NCBI GenBank assembly: GCA_963849505.1
Contig: CAWKHY010000003.1
Location: forward strand, 6,096 to 70,095
DNA: 64,000 nucleotides
Direction of reading: 5' to 3'
Origin: an uncultured Acidobacteriaceae bacterium
GTDB lineage: Bacteria; Acidobacteriota; Terriglobia; Terriglobales; Acidobacteriaceae
Below are positions 8,715 through 19,887 of this stretch, piece by piece. The position numbers were made by a program, and so were the translations under genes. Below the pieces are notes generated by a model. That model was not told the DNA's origin. It saw only the letters and a list, made by a program, of their open reading frames with translations, and made no database searches. Each line of letters starts with the position of its first letter. Position 1 is the stretch's first letter.

Positions 8715-10966
8715 ACAGTCCATTCGAAGAGGCGCCCTCTATCGGGTCCGACGTACCTCTAGCCGCATCAAAGCAGTTGGCCACCCGCTATGACGGGCGC
8801 GCCAAGGTCACCGGCCAGGCCAAGTACGCGGTGGAGTTTAAGCCACCAGCCGAACCGGCATACGGCTATGTGGTCCAAAGTACAATCGCGAGCGGAAGCG
8901 TAAGGGCAATTGACCAGTCTGTCGCCGAGAGATCCGCTGGTGTGCTTGCAGTCATCACGCCGTTCAATGCTCCAAAACTTCCTCCGGCCAGCCCGCAACC
9001 TCCTGCCCGTCGTCACATTACTGTTCTTCAGGATACGGAGGTCTTCTATAACGGTCAGCCCATCGCAGTGGTGGTGGCGCGCTCGCTACCGCAGGCGATG
9101 CACGCCGCCAGCCTGCTTCGCATCTCGTACAACGAGACCCAGCCAAAGCTGCATTTTCACGAACGTCTTGCCGATGCCCGTCCTCCCAAATCTCCGGGAC
9201 GCCAACCTGCTACGCAGAGTCGCGGAGATCTAGCTGCAGCCATGGCAAAGGCCAGCGTCATGGTGGATGAAACTTACACAACGCCTTACCAGCACCACAA
9301 CCCCATGGAACCGCACGCCACGTTGGCATGGTGGGAAGGCGACAAGCTAAATGTCTACGACGCCACCCAGTACATCACCGGCGATAGGGCGACAATCGCC
9401 TTGACCCTGGGCATTCCTGTCGACAATGTTCATCTTCAGTGCCCCTACACCGGGGGAGGATTTGGCAGCAAGGGATCAACCTGGTCGCACGTGATCCTTA
9501 CAGCCATGGCCGCCAGAATAACTCAGAGACCGGTCAAACTCGCGCTCGAGCGTCCCCAGATGTGGGGACCAGTCGGCGGGCGTCCATGCACCGTTCAGCA
9601 CATCAAACTGGGTGCCGCCAGCGATGGCAAGCTTACCGCCATCCAGCACGATGTGATCGTACATACCTCGGTAATGGAGGACTTCCTCGAGCCTTCCGCT
9701 TATCAGACGCGAATGCTATACGCCAGCGAAGCCTGCCAGACTTCACATAAGCTGGTCGACATGAATCTCGGAGTTGCGACGTTCCAGCGCGCACCCGGAG
9801 AGGCAACAGGTACAGCGGCATTCGAAACCGCAATGGATGAACTCGCTGTCAAGCTCAACATAGATCCGGTTCAATTGCGACTGATTAACTATGCCGAGAA
9901 GGACCCTGGAAGCGACAAGCCGTGGTCCAGTAAGCATCTGCGCGAGTGCTACGCTCAGGCCGCCGAGCGCTTTGGCTGGTCGGCGCGCAATCCTAAAGCG
10001 GGAGCCACGCGCGAAGGCAGCAAGCTCATCGGCTCGGGCATGGCAACTGCAACCTATCCTGCCAACCGTTCCGCGGCCCAGGCCGTTGTGCGAATCTTTC
10101 CTACCGGGCGCGCGTTTGTTGGATGCGGTTCTCAGGATCTTGGCACGGGTACATACACAATCATGGCGCAGACCGCTGCCGATGTCCTCGGAATCGACCC
10201 AGCACTTGTCGAGGCGAAACTTGGCGATTCCGCGCTACCTAAGGCCCCGGTTTCGGGAGGGTCTCAATCGGCCGCAAGTATCGGGCCTGCGATCAAAGAT
10301 GCGGCTACGCAGGCAATTCTCAAGCTTGCGCAGCTTGCCATCGACGATCCGCAATCGCCTCTGCACGGCGCCGCAGCTGCGGATATACTCGCCAGTGACG
10401 GCAAACTCTATCTCAAGAGCGCTCCCACAAAATCCGAGAGCTTTTCGGGAATTCTCTCTCGCAATGGCGACAAGCCTGTCGAAGCAATGGGCTCTGCGGA
10501 GCCGTCCGAAGGGCAGACTGCAATGAGTTGCCACTCTTTCGGAGCCGTGTTTGCAGAGGTTGCCGTGGATGTTGATACCTGCATGGTGCAAGTGCGCCGC
10601 GTCGTTGCAACCTATGATATCGGAACGCTTATGAACAAAACAACGGGTCTTAATCAATTGATGGGTGGAATCGTTTGGGGCGTCAGCACTGCGATTCACG
10701 AGGAGTCACATCTCGACAACAACTACGGCCGCTTCGTCAACGCGAATCTTGCCGAGTATCATGTTCCGGTCAACGCGGATATCGGCACGCTGGATGTCAC
10801 CGTACTGGACATTCCCGATATCAAATTCAATCCTCTGGGTGCACGTGGCATCGGCGAGATTGGTATTACCGGTGCTGCCGCCGCAGTCGGGAATGCAATC
10901 TTTCACGCAACCGGCAAGCGCGTTCGCGATTTTCCCATCACGCTCGACAAGATCATGAAGGCTTGA
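8711..10966 (+). CDS. paoC: Aldehyde oxidoreductase molybdopterin-binding large subunit (PaoC/YagR-like)
   Basis: 751 aa with xanthine-dehydrogenase-family strings (GGGFGSKG, QRAPGE, GARGIGE). Gene order and subunit sizes match E. coli PaoABC. Confidence 0.85.
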   Translation: MNSPFEEAPSIGSDVPLAASKQLATRYDGRAKVTGQAKYAVEFKPPAEPAYGYVVQSTIASGSVRAIDQSVAERSAGVLAVITPFNAPKLPPASPQPPARRHITVLQDTEVFYNGQPIAVVVARSLPQAMHAASLLRISYNETQPKLHFHERLADARPPKSPGRQPATQSRGDLAAAMAKASVMVDETYTTPYQHHNPMEPHATLAWWEGDKLNVYDATQYITGDRATIALTLGIPVDNVHLQCPYTGGGFGSKGSTWSHVILTAMAARITQRPVKLALERPQMWGPVGGRPCTVQHIKLGAASDGKLTAIQHDVIVHTSVMEDFLEPSAYQTRMLYASEACQTSHKLVDMNLGVATFQRAPGEATGTAAFETAMDELAVKLNIDPVQLRLINYAEKDPGSDKPWSSKHLRECYAQAAERFGWSARNPKAGATREGSKLIGSGMATATYPANRSAAQAVVRIFPTGRAFVGCGSQDLGTGTYTIMAQTAADVLGIDPALVEAKLGDSALPKAPVSGGSQSAASIGPAIKDAATQAILKLAQLAIDDPQSPLHGAAAADILASDGKLYLKSAPTKSESFSGILSRNGDKPVEAMGSAEPSEGQTAMSCHSFGAVFAEVAVDVDTCMVQVRRVVATYDIGTLMNKTTGLNQLMGGIVWGVSTAIHEESHLDNNYGRFVNANLAEYHVPVNADIGTLDVTVLDIPDIKFNPLGARGIGEIGITGAAAAVGNAIFHATGKRVRDFPITLDKIMKA

Positions 10967-11098
10967 CTTCCGATCCTTCTATGCAACTGAGCGAGGAAGA
11001 AGACTGGACGGGATTCTGGATCACGCAGTGAAACCACATTGCTCAGCGCAGTCAGAAGGACTGGGGCCACGATACTTTAATTCCGAAAGGAGAAGTCG

Positions 11099-11335
11099 AT
11101 GAGCGAAGATAATTCCATACCAATCGCGCGGAGAAAGTTGGATCCACTCACCAGTTTTTGCGAGGAATTGTCGCATCCCCTTGAAGAGCTGTTTGGGCTG
11201 ATGTACCTTGCGGCCCACACTCCAGACAAAGCTGATTCGAATCGGCTCTTCAATTTGGCTGGTGAGAAGCTATCCGGTATCCGCGAAGTCGTACTGGCTC
11301 ATTGCTCCAATCCCGCGCAGCGGAAGGCTTCGTAA
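11099..11335 (+). CDS. Hypothetical protein (78 aa)
   Basis: ATG is preceded by AAAGGAGAAG. No family was recognised. Confidence 0.3.
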   Translation: MSEDNSIPIARRKLDPLTSFCEELSHPLEELFGLMYLAAHTPDKADSNRLFNLAGEKLSGIREVVLAHCSNPAQRKAS

Positions 11336-11360
11336 CCCAACACGATGAACCGATTAAGGC

Positions 11361-13696
11361 TTGGTGTATTTTTGTAGGATGAATGCCCGCCTTGGTCTTG
11401 TCGTGTTGTTTGCTTGTTCGCTTGCCGCCGCGCAAAGTCCAGATCCACTTAAGCTGGTCGATCCGATGATTGGCACTGGTCCCGAAGGCCACACGTTTCC
11501 CGGAGCCACGGCGCCCTTCGGCATGGTGCAGCTTTCGCCCGATACGCAGATTCGTCCTTTCAAGCAGAGTTATAAGTGGGCGGCAGGATATCGCTACGAA
11601 GACACGACAATTCTTGGATTCTCGCATACGCATTTCTCCGGAGCAGGCCATAGCGATCTGGGCGATGTGCTGGTCATGCCGGTCGAGCGGTGATAGTGTG
11701 CCGCTCGAGCCGGGCGATCCGGAGTAGCGCAGATCGGGATATCGCTCGCGCTTCTGCATAGTACCGAAACGCCGAGCCAGGCTATTACGCCGTGACGCTC
11801 GAGGACACCCATGTGCGAGCTGAGCTGACGGCTAGTGAACGGGTCGGCGTGCATCGTTACACCTTTGCTGCAGGCGCTAATCGCCACATCCTGCTGGACC
11901 TGCGCAGCAGCATCTACAACTATCCCGGCAAAGTGCTGTGGTCGCGCGTGCGCATCCGCAAGGACGGCACTGTAACCGGCATGCGGGAGACGCGCGGCTG
12001 GGCTCCCGGGCGTCAACTGTACTTTGCCATACGATTCTCCGCGACGGTATCCGGCCATGCGCTCTATAACCGCGAAGAGAATCCGCCTCCGTATCACGGT
12101 TTCAAGACGCCCGGCACCTCGCCCCAGGATACCCAGAGCATAGAGGGGCGCGGTCTCGTGGCAGTCTTCGACTTTGCGCCTGCATCAGATCCGCTCACCG
12201 TGAAGGTGGCGCTTTCGCCTGTTAGTGAAGACAATGCGATCGCGAATATGGACGCGGAGATGCCCGGCTTCGACTTCGACGGAGTCCGCGCAAAGACGCA
12301 GCAGACTTGGCGCAGGGAACTGAGCCGTGTGGAAATCGACGCCTCACCCGCGATGCAAAAGTCGGTATATACGGCGCTGTATCACGCCATGATGGCTCCG
12401 AGTACGAGCATGGACGTGAACGGCGACTATCGCGGACCCGATAACCAGGTGCATCATGCAGACGGCTTCCGCTTCGTATCCTCACTATCGCTTTGGGACA
12501 CGTATCGCGCCGAACAGCCGCTGATGACATTGCTGCAGCCCGAACAGCGCACCAACGATCTAGTTCGCTCTTTGCTGGCGTCTCGGCAGGAAAGCCCATT
12601 CGGCATTCTGCCGGTGTGGCAATTCGCGGGACTGGAGACGTGGTGCATGATTGGCTACCACTCGGTGCCGATTATCGCCGATGCCTATATGAAGGGAATT
12701 CGCGGCTACGATACTCAGGCTGCACTAAAGGCTATGGTGGCCAGCGCAACCTATGCCCCATATGGCAATCTCGGCGCTTACATGAAGCTGGGATATGTGC
12801 CTGTGGATCATGACGACGAAGCGGCCTCTCAGACAGTCGAGTACGCCTATGACGACTGGACGATTGCGCAGATGGCCAAGGCCATGGGTAACGTTGCGGT
12901 GGGCACAACTTTCCAGAAGCGTTCGGGCTTCTGGCAGAACAACTTCGACACAGCGGATGGATTTGTAGAGCCTCGGCTTGCTAATGGCGACTACCGCAAG
13001 CCCTTCGATCCAGCCAAGGCCGGAGCGGGAAGCGGATTTACTGAAGGCAACGCCTGGCAGTACTCGTGGTATCAACCACAGGACGAACAAGGCCTGATCG
13101 ACTTGCTGGGCGGCAACGAGAAATTGGTTGCGAAGCTGGATGAAATGTTCGACCAGAAAGTGGATCCTGCGAAATACGCTGACGTGGAAGACATCTCGGG
13201 CATGATTGGTCAGTACATTCACGGCAACGAGCCAAGCCATCACTTGGCATACCTCTACATGTACGCGGGTATTCCGGCAAAGACGCAGGCTCGGCTGAAA
13301 CAAATTGTGGACTCACAGTACAAACCGACGCCCGATGGGCTGGTAGGCAATGACGATCTGGGGCAGATGTCGGCGTGGCTGTTTTTCACAGCGCTGGGCT
13401 TCTACCCGGTGGCGCCCGCTTCGAACCAGTACGTGCTGGGTCGCCCCTTCGTAGATCGCGCGGTGCTTCATCTGCCGAACGGAAAATCCCTGGTAATTGC
13501 GACTGAGAACATGACGGTGAATCAGGCGTTTGTGAAGGACGTTCTGCTCAACGGCAAGTCACTGGATCGTACCTATGTCACTCATCAGGAATTGATGCAG
13601 GGCGGGGAACTGAAGTTTATCTTCAGCAGCGAAAAAAACGCGGCATGGTCGCATCGCAAATTGCGCGCTCCCTACTCGGAGAGCACCGCCCGCTAA
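11361..13696 (+). pseudogene. GH92 family alpha-mannosidase, disrupted between about 11680 and 11795
   Basis: The N-terminal ORF 11361-11693 carries a signal peptide plus VDPMIGTGPEGHTFPGATAPFGMVQLSPDT and GFSHTHFSGAGHSDLGD. The main ORF 11792-13696 carries AELTASERVGVHRYTF, GNAWQYSW and GNDDLGQMSAW. The intervening family-conserved peptide (SGDSVPLEPGDPE / SGYRSRFC / HSTETPSQ / GYYAVTLED) is spread over three frames and includes an in-frame TAG. Confidence 0.85.
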
Positions 13697-13739
13697 CGCG
13701 CCTCGTAGCGCCTTGTGCGTAGTCGCCCCCTACCAGTGT

Positions 13740-15980
13740 CTATTTAACGTAGTCTTCAGGGTTGACTGTCAACGATGCAGGCGGAAAACTGGAGACGTCA
13801 ACGCCCAACAACTTATTCGGCGAATTGCCCATCGTCAATTCCAGCGTGCCACCATTCGCAATGTCAGCGTGGCGGAACCAGACCTGATCAATGGCGTGTC
13901 CGTTTAGCCGGACGCTCTGGACATATTTGTTGTCATGAGAATTGTTGCGAGCGATAACGGAGAACTCCTTGCCATTTTTCAAGTGGATCGTCACTTTGTC
14001 GAAGGTGGGGCTGCCCACGTCGTAGATTGGAATCCCCGGTGTAACCGGGTAAAAGCCCATCATCGAAAACACGACAAAGGCGCTCATGCCACCGCCGTCC
14101 TCGTCACCCGGTATACCCTGCAGCGTATCCGTGAAAAACGATTCGAGCAGCATACGCACGCGCTTCTGCGTCTTCCAGGGTGCCCCGAGCCTGTTGTATA
14201 TGTACGGGATCGCGAAGCTGGGTTCGTTGCCCATTGAAAACTGTCCGGCCATTGACGTCGAGTCTGGAAGCTTTGCCTGAAACTCATATTTCGACCGGCC
14301 CAGCGGTTCGCGAAATAGCCGGTCAAGATTGGCCTCAGCCTTTGCCGGGCCGCCCATTAGCGTAACCAGGCCGTTGTAGTCATGTCCTACATCCCATGTA
14401 TAGGTGTAGCCATTGTTCTCGTCGTAATAGTCGCGTGCGCCCATCCCGCCGTCGAACTTCGGATCCATCGGTTCAATCCAGTGCCCGTCCGCATCCTTCG
14501 GCCACATCAACCCCTTCTCAGCGCGAAACACGTTCTTGTAATTCGCAGCCCGCTGTAGAAAGAGCTTCTCGTCCTCGGACCTTTTTAGTACACGCGCGAG
14601 CTGTGCGATATTCCAATCGTCAAAGCTATTCTCCAGCGTCACGGGTACAGGCTGGCGCTTCTCAAAGGGATGAACCCCCGGCACCGTTTCCACTTCTGCT
14701 GGACGCAACGCCGGCATATAACCATGCGCTGAATAAAAGTCATCCAATGGCCCCCTTGGACCAAGGCTCCAAGGGAGCATGGTCACTCCCAGAGACCTCT
14801 TGCGGACACCCTCATAAGCTACCGGCAGATCGAAGTTTCGCACGCCCTTGAACCATGCATCGGCAAGCCACGGCGCTGAGTGATTGCCGTTCATGCACGC
14901 ATATGGACCCGTTAGCACCGCAAACGTTGGCATTATGCCGGATTGCTGATACATGCGAACGTACGACTGGATCTTGTCCGCTTCCATCTCCGGATTCAGC
15001 AGAGTCTGGAGCGGTTCCAAGGCTCGATAGGTATCCCACAGCCAGTTGTCTACATAAAACGGTCGTGGATCCTGATGGACCTGGTGGTCAAACCCGCTGT
15101 AGTAGCGGCCATCTTCGGTAATGTTTACCATTCGTTCGAAGCAGCGATAGAGTGCGGTGTAAAAAATCCTGCGCTGGGTATCCGTGCCACCTTCCACCAC
15201 AATCTGTCCCAGCGTCGCGTTCCAGCGAGCCTTCCCCGCCTCCTTTACCTTCTCCAGGCCCCACTGCGGAATTTCGTGCTGCAGGTTTCTCCTCGCCTGT
15301 TCCGCACTAATGAACGAAATGCCGTAACGGAAGTCCAGCGACTTTGTCTCAATCGAGGTCGCGGTCACGCGCTTTCCGTTCCCAGAGTCTTCCATCTTGA
15401 AGCCGACCGGAGCGCTGAATTCGCCATATACGTACGCCTTCATGCCGTCGAATCGCTCCTCGCCGCTGACCGCGCTGCCGCTCTCGAAATGCAGGTCTCC
15501 CGGCAGCCGGTTGGATAGCGCAACACGGGCTTGGCCGTTCGGAAAAATGAATCGAAAGTAGCCGCTGCGTTCGCTTGCCGAAAACTCTGTCTGTATCAGG
15601 GAATCATCAAAGCGCGTGGAGTAGTAATAAGGAGTGGTCGTTTCCTGGTCGTAAGCTGCCGGGCCGCCTTCGCCCGGCATTATGCTAAATAGTTCCTGCA
15701 TTCGGTGCGAATTGATCGTCAGAGGAAACGACTCGATTTGATCATCCAGAGCATCTGCCCGGAGCGGGTAAAACCGGACCACACTGTTAGGCAAGAAGAC
15801 CGTCGGGCGGGTTGGCACCAGCAGAACGCCAACGTTGCCGATCGTCGGATCAACATACTGTACCTGCGCCACGGCCTGTCTTGCGAATACTGACAGGGAT
15901 GCTAACGCCCCGGCGAACAGGATCTTTCCGAGGCAAAATCTCTTCGCAGTAAGAGTCGCAATTCTCAAGAGAATCTCCAT
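13740..15980 (-). CDS. GH92 family alpha-mannosidase (secreted)
   Basis: The ORF extends to 16019, but the signal-peptide-like start MEILLRIATL... is at 15980. Contains VDPTIGNVG, GNEPSFAIPYIYN and PGDEDGGGMSAF. It converges on the other GH92 gene. Confidence 0.85.
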   Translation of the reverse strand: MEILLRIATLTAKRFCLGKILFAGALASLSVFARQAVAQVQYVDPTIGNVGVLLVPTRPTVFLPNSVVRFYPLRADALDDQIESFPLTINSHRMQELFSIMPGEGGPAAYDQETTTPYYYSTRFDDSLIQTEFSASERSGYFRFIFPNGQARVALSNRLPGDLHFESGSAVSGEERFDGMKAYVYGEFSAPVGFKMEDSGNGKRVTATSIETKSLDFRYGISFISAEQARRNLQHEIPQWGLEKVKEAGKARWNATLGQIVVEGGTDTQRRIFYTALYRCFERMVNITEDGRYYSGFDHQVHQDPRPFYVDNWLWDTYRALEPLQTLLNPEMEADKIQSYVRMYQQSGIMPTFAVLTGPYACMNGNHSAPWLADAWFKGVRNFDLPVAYEGVRKRSLGVTMLPWSLGPRGPLDDFYSAHGYMPALRPAEVETVPGVHPFEKRQPVPVTLENSFDDWNIAQLARVLKRSEDEKLFLQRAANYKNVFRAEKGLMWPKDADGHWIEPMDPKFDGGMGARDYYDENNGYTYTWDVGHDYNGLVTLMGGPAKAEANLDRLFREPLGRSKYEFQAKLPDSTSMAGQFSMGNEPSFAIPYIYNRLGAPWKTQKRVRMLLESFFTDTLQGIPGDEDGGGMSAFVVFSMMGFYPVTPGIPIYDVGSPTFDKVTIHLKNGKEFSVIARNNSHDNKYVQSVRLNGHAIDQVWFRHADIANGGTLELTMGNSPNKLLGVDVSSFPPASLTVNPEDYVK

Positions 15981-16165
15981 TTCGCTCAACGCTGGCACGG
16001 ATTTCGTGACTGTTCCCAATAGTCTATTCCTGGGCGCTCACTAACTCGATAGTTGGCACTCCTTTCCGATACAGAATGCAGGCGTAACCCAACTCAGCAT
16101 CTTGTAACGAAATAGCTTCGCTCGTACTATGAGTTCGGACCCACCGGAGTCAGAAAAGAGACGCG

Positions 16166-18439
16166 TTGAAAACCCTTGCTATAAGTGCTTTCATTTTGCT
16201 CGTGGCGACCGCAGGATATGCGCAGCCAAATCGGCCTAGCCCATCCTTTCCGCCCTACGTGAATGATCATTTCGACTACGCGACATTTACGCGTATGGAC
16301 GCACCGTCTCCACCGAGAACTCTTATTTATCAATCAAACGGATTTCTAGCGTTACAAGAGAATGGCTTCGGTGGGCAGAAAATAGTCATTCCAGTCTCCG
16401 GCCCAACAGCTCCCACGAATGAGAGCGAGCGATTGAGCGCACTCGAGATCGATGCTCCAACCATCACAGATGCGCAACATACTATCTACAGTTTTGTAGA
16501 CACTCCAGCCCGCCGCGATATGACGTATTTTGCCGACCGCACAGTCTACCGCGCAGCATTTGACCACGGGCCAACCGTGTCCCTGTCTGTCTATCCCGTC
16601 TATGGCAAGCCGTCTGCGATCATGCGTGTCAGGATCGAGAAAGCCAGCGGTCCCGTCGGTGTCACTTTCCAGAGCCACTCCAGCGGCTTTCAAAATCTCC
16701 CATCCGCAGACGCCGGGTCCCTTCACTATGGCAATATAAAGTGGCCGTATCGCATATTCCTCGCGGCCCGGCCATCTGTGCGGCTGGCGGACGGCGGCTT
16801 TCACTGGACATTGCGTGGCGGCGACCAGGCCGATCTGATGATTGCCCTTGGCGGAGACGAAAAAGAGGCGGCTGCAACGCTCGCTCAACTCAACGCTTCG
16901 CCTGATGCTTTTGATCGCTTTACCCACGAGCAATGGAACCAGTATTTGTCATCTGTGCCCCTGGTCGCGCCCGCGGATCCTGTTCGATTCACAGTCGGCA
17001 CCACCGGTAAGCAGGAGAGTATCGCGCCGCAGGAGCTTGTTCGCAGCGAGCTCTGGTTCTGGCGCGGAGTGCTCAATTCTTCCTGCCAGGTCAGCTATTT
17101 GCCTGCTTGTCCCATGATGATTGCGGATTGGAATGTCTTCATGGGCATGTGGAGCAACGATGGCATCGCTGAAGTATTAGCGGTGTCGGCCACTGGACGC
17201 AGCGACTTGGCACGCGCCGCTCTCTTGAACTGGTTCCGCTACTCGGTTAATGCAATGGGAGATGGAACCTCTGCCTGGACCATCTTTCCTTCCGGGAAAA
17301 ATACGTTTGCCGCCGAGGGTCCTGAGAAAGATACGCAGGGTGTTCCGGTGCAGGCCACCGTTGTTGGAGAGTATGTCCGCCTCACCGGCGATACCAGCAT
17401 CCTGAGTGAGAAACTCGGCGCCCCGGCGGGGGATCGCACTCTCTGGCAGGCTCTGCTGGCGTACCAACGCAATCTGCTGAAAATTCGCGACGCCAACCAC
17501 GACCACCTCATCGACTGGCTCCATACCTATGAAACGGGTTGGGACGACAAGAACTCGCCCTTCGTCGATCTTAAGGGACACGCTACCAGCGCTATTAACG
17601 AACAAGTCTTCAATCTCTGGAGCCTGAGAGAGATGGTCTACCTCTCCCGCTTGCAAGGCGAGGATCCTTCTTGCTGGGAGCACGAGTTTTCCGTGGCTCT
17701 CGCCGCGGTTCATGACAAACTGTGGGACGCACCGACTCAACGCTACTGGGATCTTGATGTCAATACAGGCAAGCTTTGGACGCGCGGCGAGAATCTCGAC
17801 GTCTATTACCTGCTCTATTTTGAGAACGACCCGGCGCGTGTGAATGCGATGATGCAGAGGCTGAACGACCCTGCCAAATTCAACGGCGCGCTTCTTCCCA
17901 CAATGGCGTTCGACACGCCAAAATGGGGCGGCTACTGGCGTGGACCAGCCTGGCCCAGAATATTCAGCTACGTATCTATGGGACTCTCCCGATCGGGCCA
18001 TGGCCAGGAAGGATTCGAATGGTTGGCGCGCGCGATTAACTCTAATCTCGGCCCACTGTTGCCTGAGACGGTTGATCCGAAGATTTATCCCCCAGGCGAA
18101 CATCCCGGCGGCCCCGTACGGATCATGGGCCACGACACCCTTGATGTCATGGTCTTTCCAGATGTCGCCGGTTTGAGAACCTGGGGAGGAGATGATCTGA
18201 CTATTGCTCCTCCATCCGTTAACGGACCCGTGTACGTGCGCAATCAGAAGTGGATGGGCGATTCCTACGATGCAGTCTTTGAGCCTGGACGCTCCACGCA
18301 GATCTGGCGTAATCGTCAGCCCTTAAAACCTCTGCCTTCTAATCAAACCTGGCACGCGCGCAAACATGGGCACAGCGTAGTCTTCGAGCCTGCAAAAGAA
18401 TCTCCAGCCATTACGCCGGCGCCATCAACCGCTCCCTGA
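16166..18439 (+). CDS. Secreted (alpha/alpha)6-barrel glycoside hydrolase, GH63/trehalase-like
   Basis: 757 aa with a TTG start and signal peptide MKTLAISAFILLVATAGYAQ. The motif YETGWDDKNSPF resembles the E-x-G-x-D-N-SP catalytic region of GH63/GH37-type enzymes. The family call is tentative. Confidence 0.55.
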   Translation: MKTLAISAFILLVATAGYAQPNRPSPSFPPYVNDHFDYATFTRMDAPSPPRTLIYQSNGFLALQENGFGGQKIVIPVSGPTAPTNESERLSALEIDAPTITDAQHTIYSFVDTPARRDMTYFADRTVYRAAFDHGPTVSLSVYPVYGKPSAIMRVRIEKASGPVGVTFQSHSSGFQNLPSADAGSLHYGNIKWPYRIFLAARPSVRLADGGFHWTLRGGDQADLMIALGGDEKEAAATLAQLNASPDAFDRFTHEQWNQYLSSVPLVAPADPVRFTVGTTGKQESIAPQELVRSELWFWRGVLNSSCQVSYLPACPMMIADWNVFMGMWSNDGIAEVLAVSATGRSDLARAALLNWFRYSVNAMGDGTSAWTIFPSGKNTFAAEGPEKDTQGVPVQATVVGEYVRLTGDTSILSEKLGAPAGDRTLWQALLAYQRNLLKIRDANHDHLIDWLHTYETGWDDKNSPFVDLKGHATSAINEQVFNLWSLREMVYLSRLQGEDPSCWEHEFSVALAAVHDKLWDAPTQRYWDLDVNTGKLWTRGENLDVYYLLYFENDPARVNAMMQRLNDPAKFNGALLPTMAFDTPKWGGYWRGPAWPRIFSYVSMGLSRSGHGQEGFEWLARAINSNLGPLLPETVDPKIYPPGEHPGGPVRIMGHDTLDVMVFPDVAGLRTWGGDDLTIAPPSVNGPVYVRNQKWMGDSYDAVFEPGRSTQIWRNRQPLKPLPSNQTWHARKHGHSVVFEPAKESPAITPAPSTAP

Positions 18440-18458
18440 TCAGCCACCGAACTTTTGC

Positions 18459-19754
18459 TTATCCCGGCGTACTCTTGAGCCGCTGATTCAACGGACGCAG
18501 GCCTAGAATAATTCCGCCTGACAGAATCAGGGATACTGACATCAGCAGAAAACCGGCTCGTGAATTGTGAGTGAGTGCCTGCAGCAATCCCACCAGCCAG
18601 GAGCCGGTGAAAGCGCCGAGTGCGCCGCAGGAGTTGACCAGGGCCAGCACTTCTCCCGCCACATTCCTCGGAAGCATCTCCGGAATAATGGCCCAGAACG
18701 GCCCGTAGGGCGCATACATACAGCCACCGGCCAGCACCAGGAAGCCGTATGCCCACCAGAAACTGTGAGCCGCAGTCAGGTAGGAACCAAGAAACGCCGC
18801 TCCGGACAACACGAGAAATGGCCAGACAAAACGCTTGCGGCTCAGCGTGCGGTCTGAAGCATGCGCCACCAGCAGCATCAGGATAATCGCAAGCAGATAG
18901 GGCACTGCGCTCAGCAAGCCCACCGTCTCAATACCTTGCGTGGCGCCCTCGTGGATGATCGTCGGCAGCCACAATACAAATCCATAGAGTCCCAGGCTCC
19001 AACAAAAGAATTGCACGCACAACAATAAAACGCTCGGTTGTCGCATGGCTGCCATGAGACCGCTGGTTTGCGGGATTGTTTGCTGCTCCAGAGCGATGGT
19101 GCTACTAAGTTGATCGCAGCAATCCTTGCTCAGCCACCCCACCTCTTCAGGGCGATCGCGAGCGATCAACAGCCAGACGAATGCCCACGCGACAGACGGA
19201 ACCCCCTCGATGATGAAGGCCATTTGCCAGCCAACAGCCTTGATCAAATACCCCGTGACAGCTGACATCCACAAGACCGTGATCGGATTGCCAAGGATAA
19301 GGATCGTGTTTGCTCGTGACCGTTCTTCCCGTGTGAACCAGTTGGTCAGAAGGATCAGCATGGCCGGGAAGATAAGGCTTTCAGCCACTCCCAGCAGCAA
19401 CCGGTCAAGGGCAAGCAGCCAGAACTCGCGTAGTATGCCGGTCAATGCTGCCAGCACGCCCCAGCAGATGAGCGAGAAGAAAATGAGTCGGCTGACACTC
19501 TTGCGCCGCGCGTAAGCCACGCCCGGCACCTGGAAGAAGAAGTATCCCAGGAAGAAAAGCGATCCCAGCAGTGCCGATTTTGAGCTGCTGATGTTCAGCG
19601 TCTTGGCAAGCCCTGCCGCGGCGCCAAACCCATAATTGGCCCGATCAAGATAGGCGAGGCTGTAGGTAATGAAGACTGCAGGCAACAGAAGAAACCAGCG
19701 TCGTCGCAGTCTCGTTTGCAGCAACGTCCGGCTCTCTGCCTGCCGATTCAGCAC
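18459..19754 (-). CDS. MFS transporter, anion:cation symporter (hexuronate/galactonate-type) family
   Basis: 431 aa with about 12 TM segments and the N-terminal motif YLDRANYGFG typical of the ACS subfamily. Confidence 0.8.
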   Translation of the reverse strand: MLNRQAESRTLLQTRLRRRWFLLLPAVFITYSLAYLDRANYGFGAAAGLAKTLNISSSKSALLGSLFFLGYFFFQVPGVAYARRKSVSRLIFFSLICWGVLAALTGILREFWLLALDRLLLGVAESLIFPAMLILLTNWFTREERSRANTILILGNPITVLWMSAVTGYLIKAVGWQMAFIIEGVPSVAWAFVWLLIARDRPEEVGWLSKDCCDQLSSTIALEQQTIPQTSGLMAAMRQPSVLLLCVQFFCWSLGLYGFVLWLPTIIHEGATQGIETVGLLSAVPYLLAIILMLLVAHASDRTLSRKRFVWPFLVLSGAAFLGSYLTAAHSFWWAYGFLVLAGGCMYAPYGPFWAIIPEMLPRNVAGEVLALVNSCGALGAFTGSWLVGLLQALTHNSRAGFLLMSVSLILSGGIILGLRPLNQRLKSTPG

Positions 19755-19887
19755 ACAAGATTTATAGCAGCTTCATCAACTGTGCGCGCCACTTTGTGGC
19801 CCTTCACTCGGATCCAGCCAACGCACGATGCCCGAGGCATGGCAAAATGAGACCCGCAGCTATACCACGCGCGGATCGGCTTTCATA

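Noticed and set aside
16084-16111. GTAACC...CGAA in the GH92/GH63-like divergent region, considered as a third sigma-F-type promoter.
   Set aside because: The spacer is 18 nt, not 16. ECF promoters are spacing-sensitive, so it is probably a chance match.
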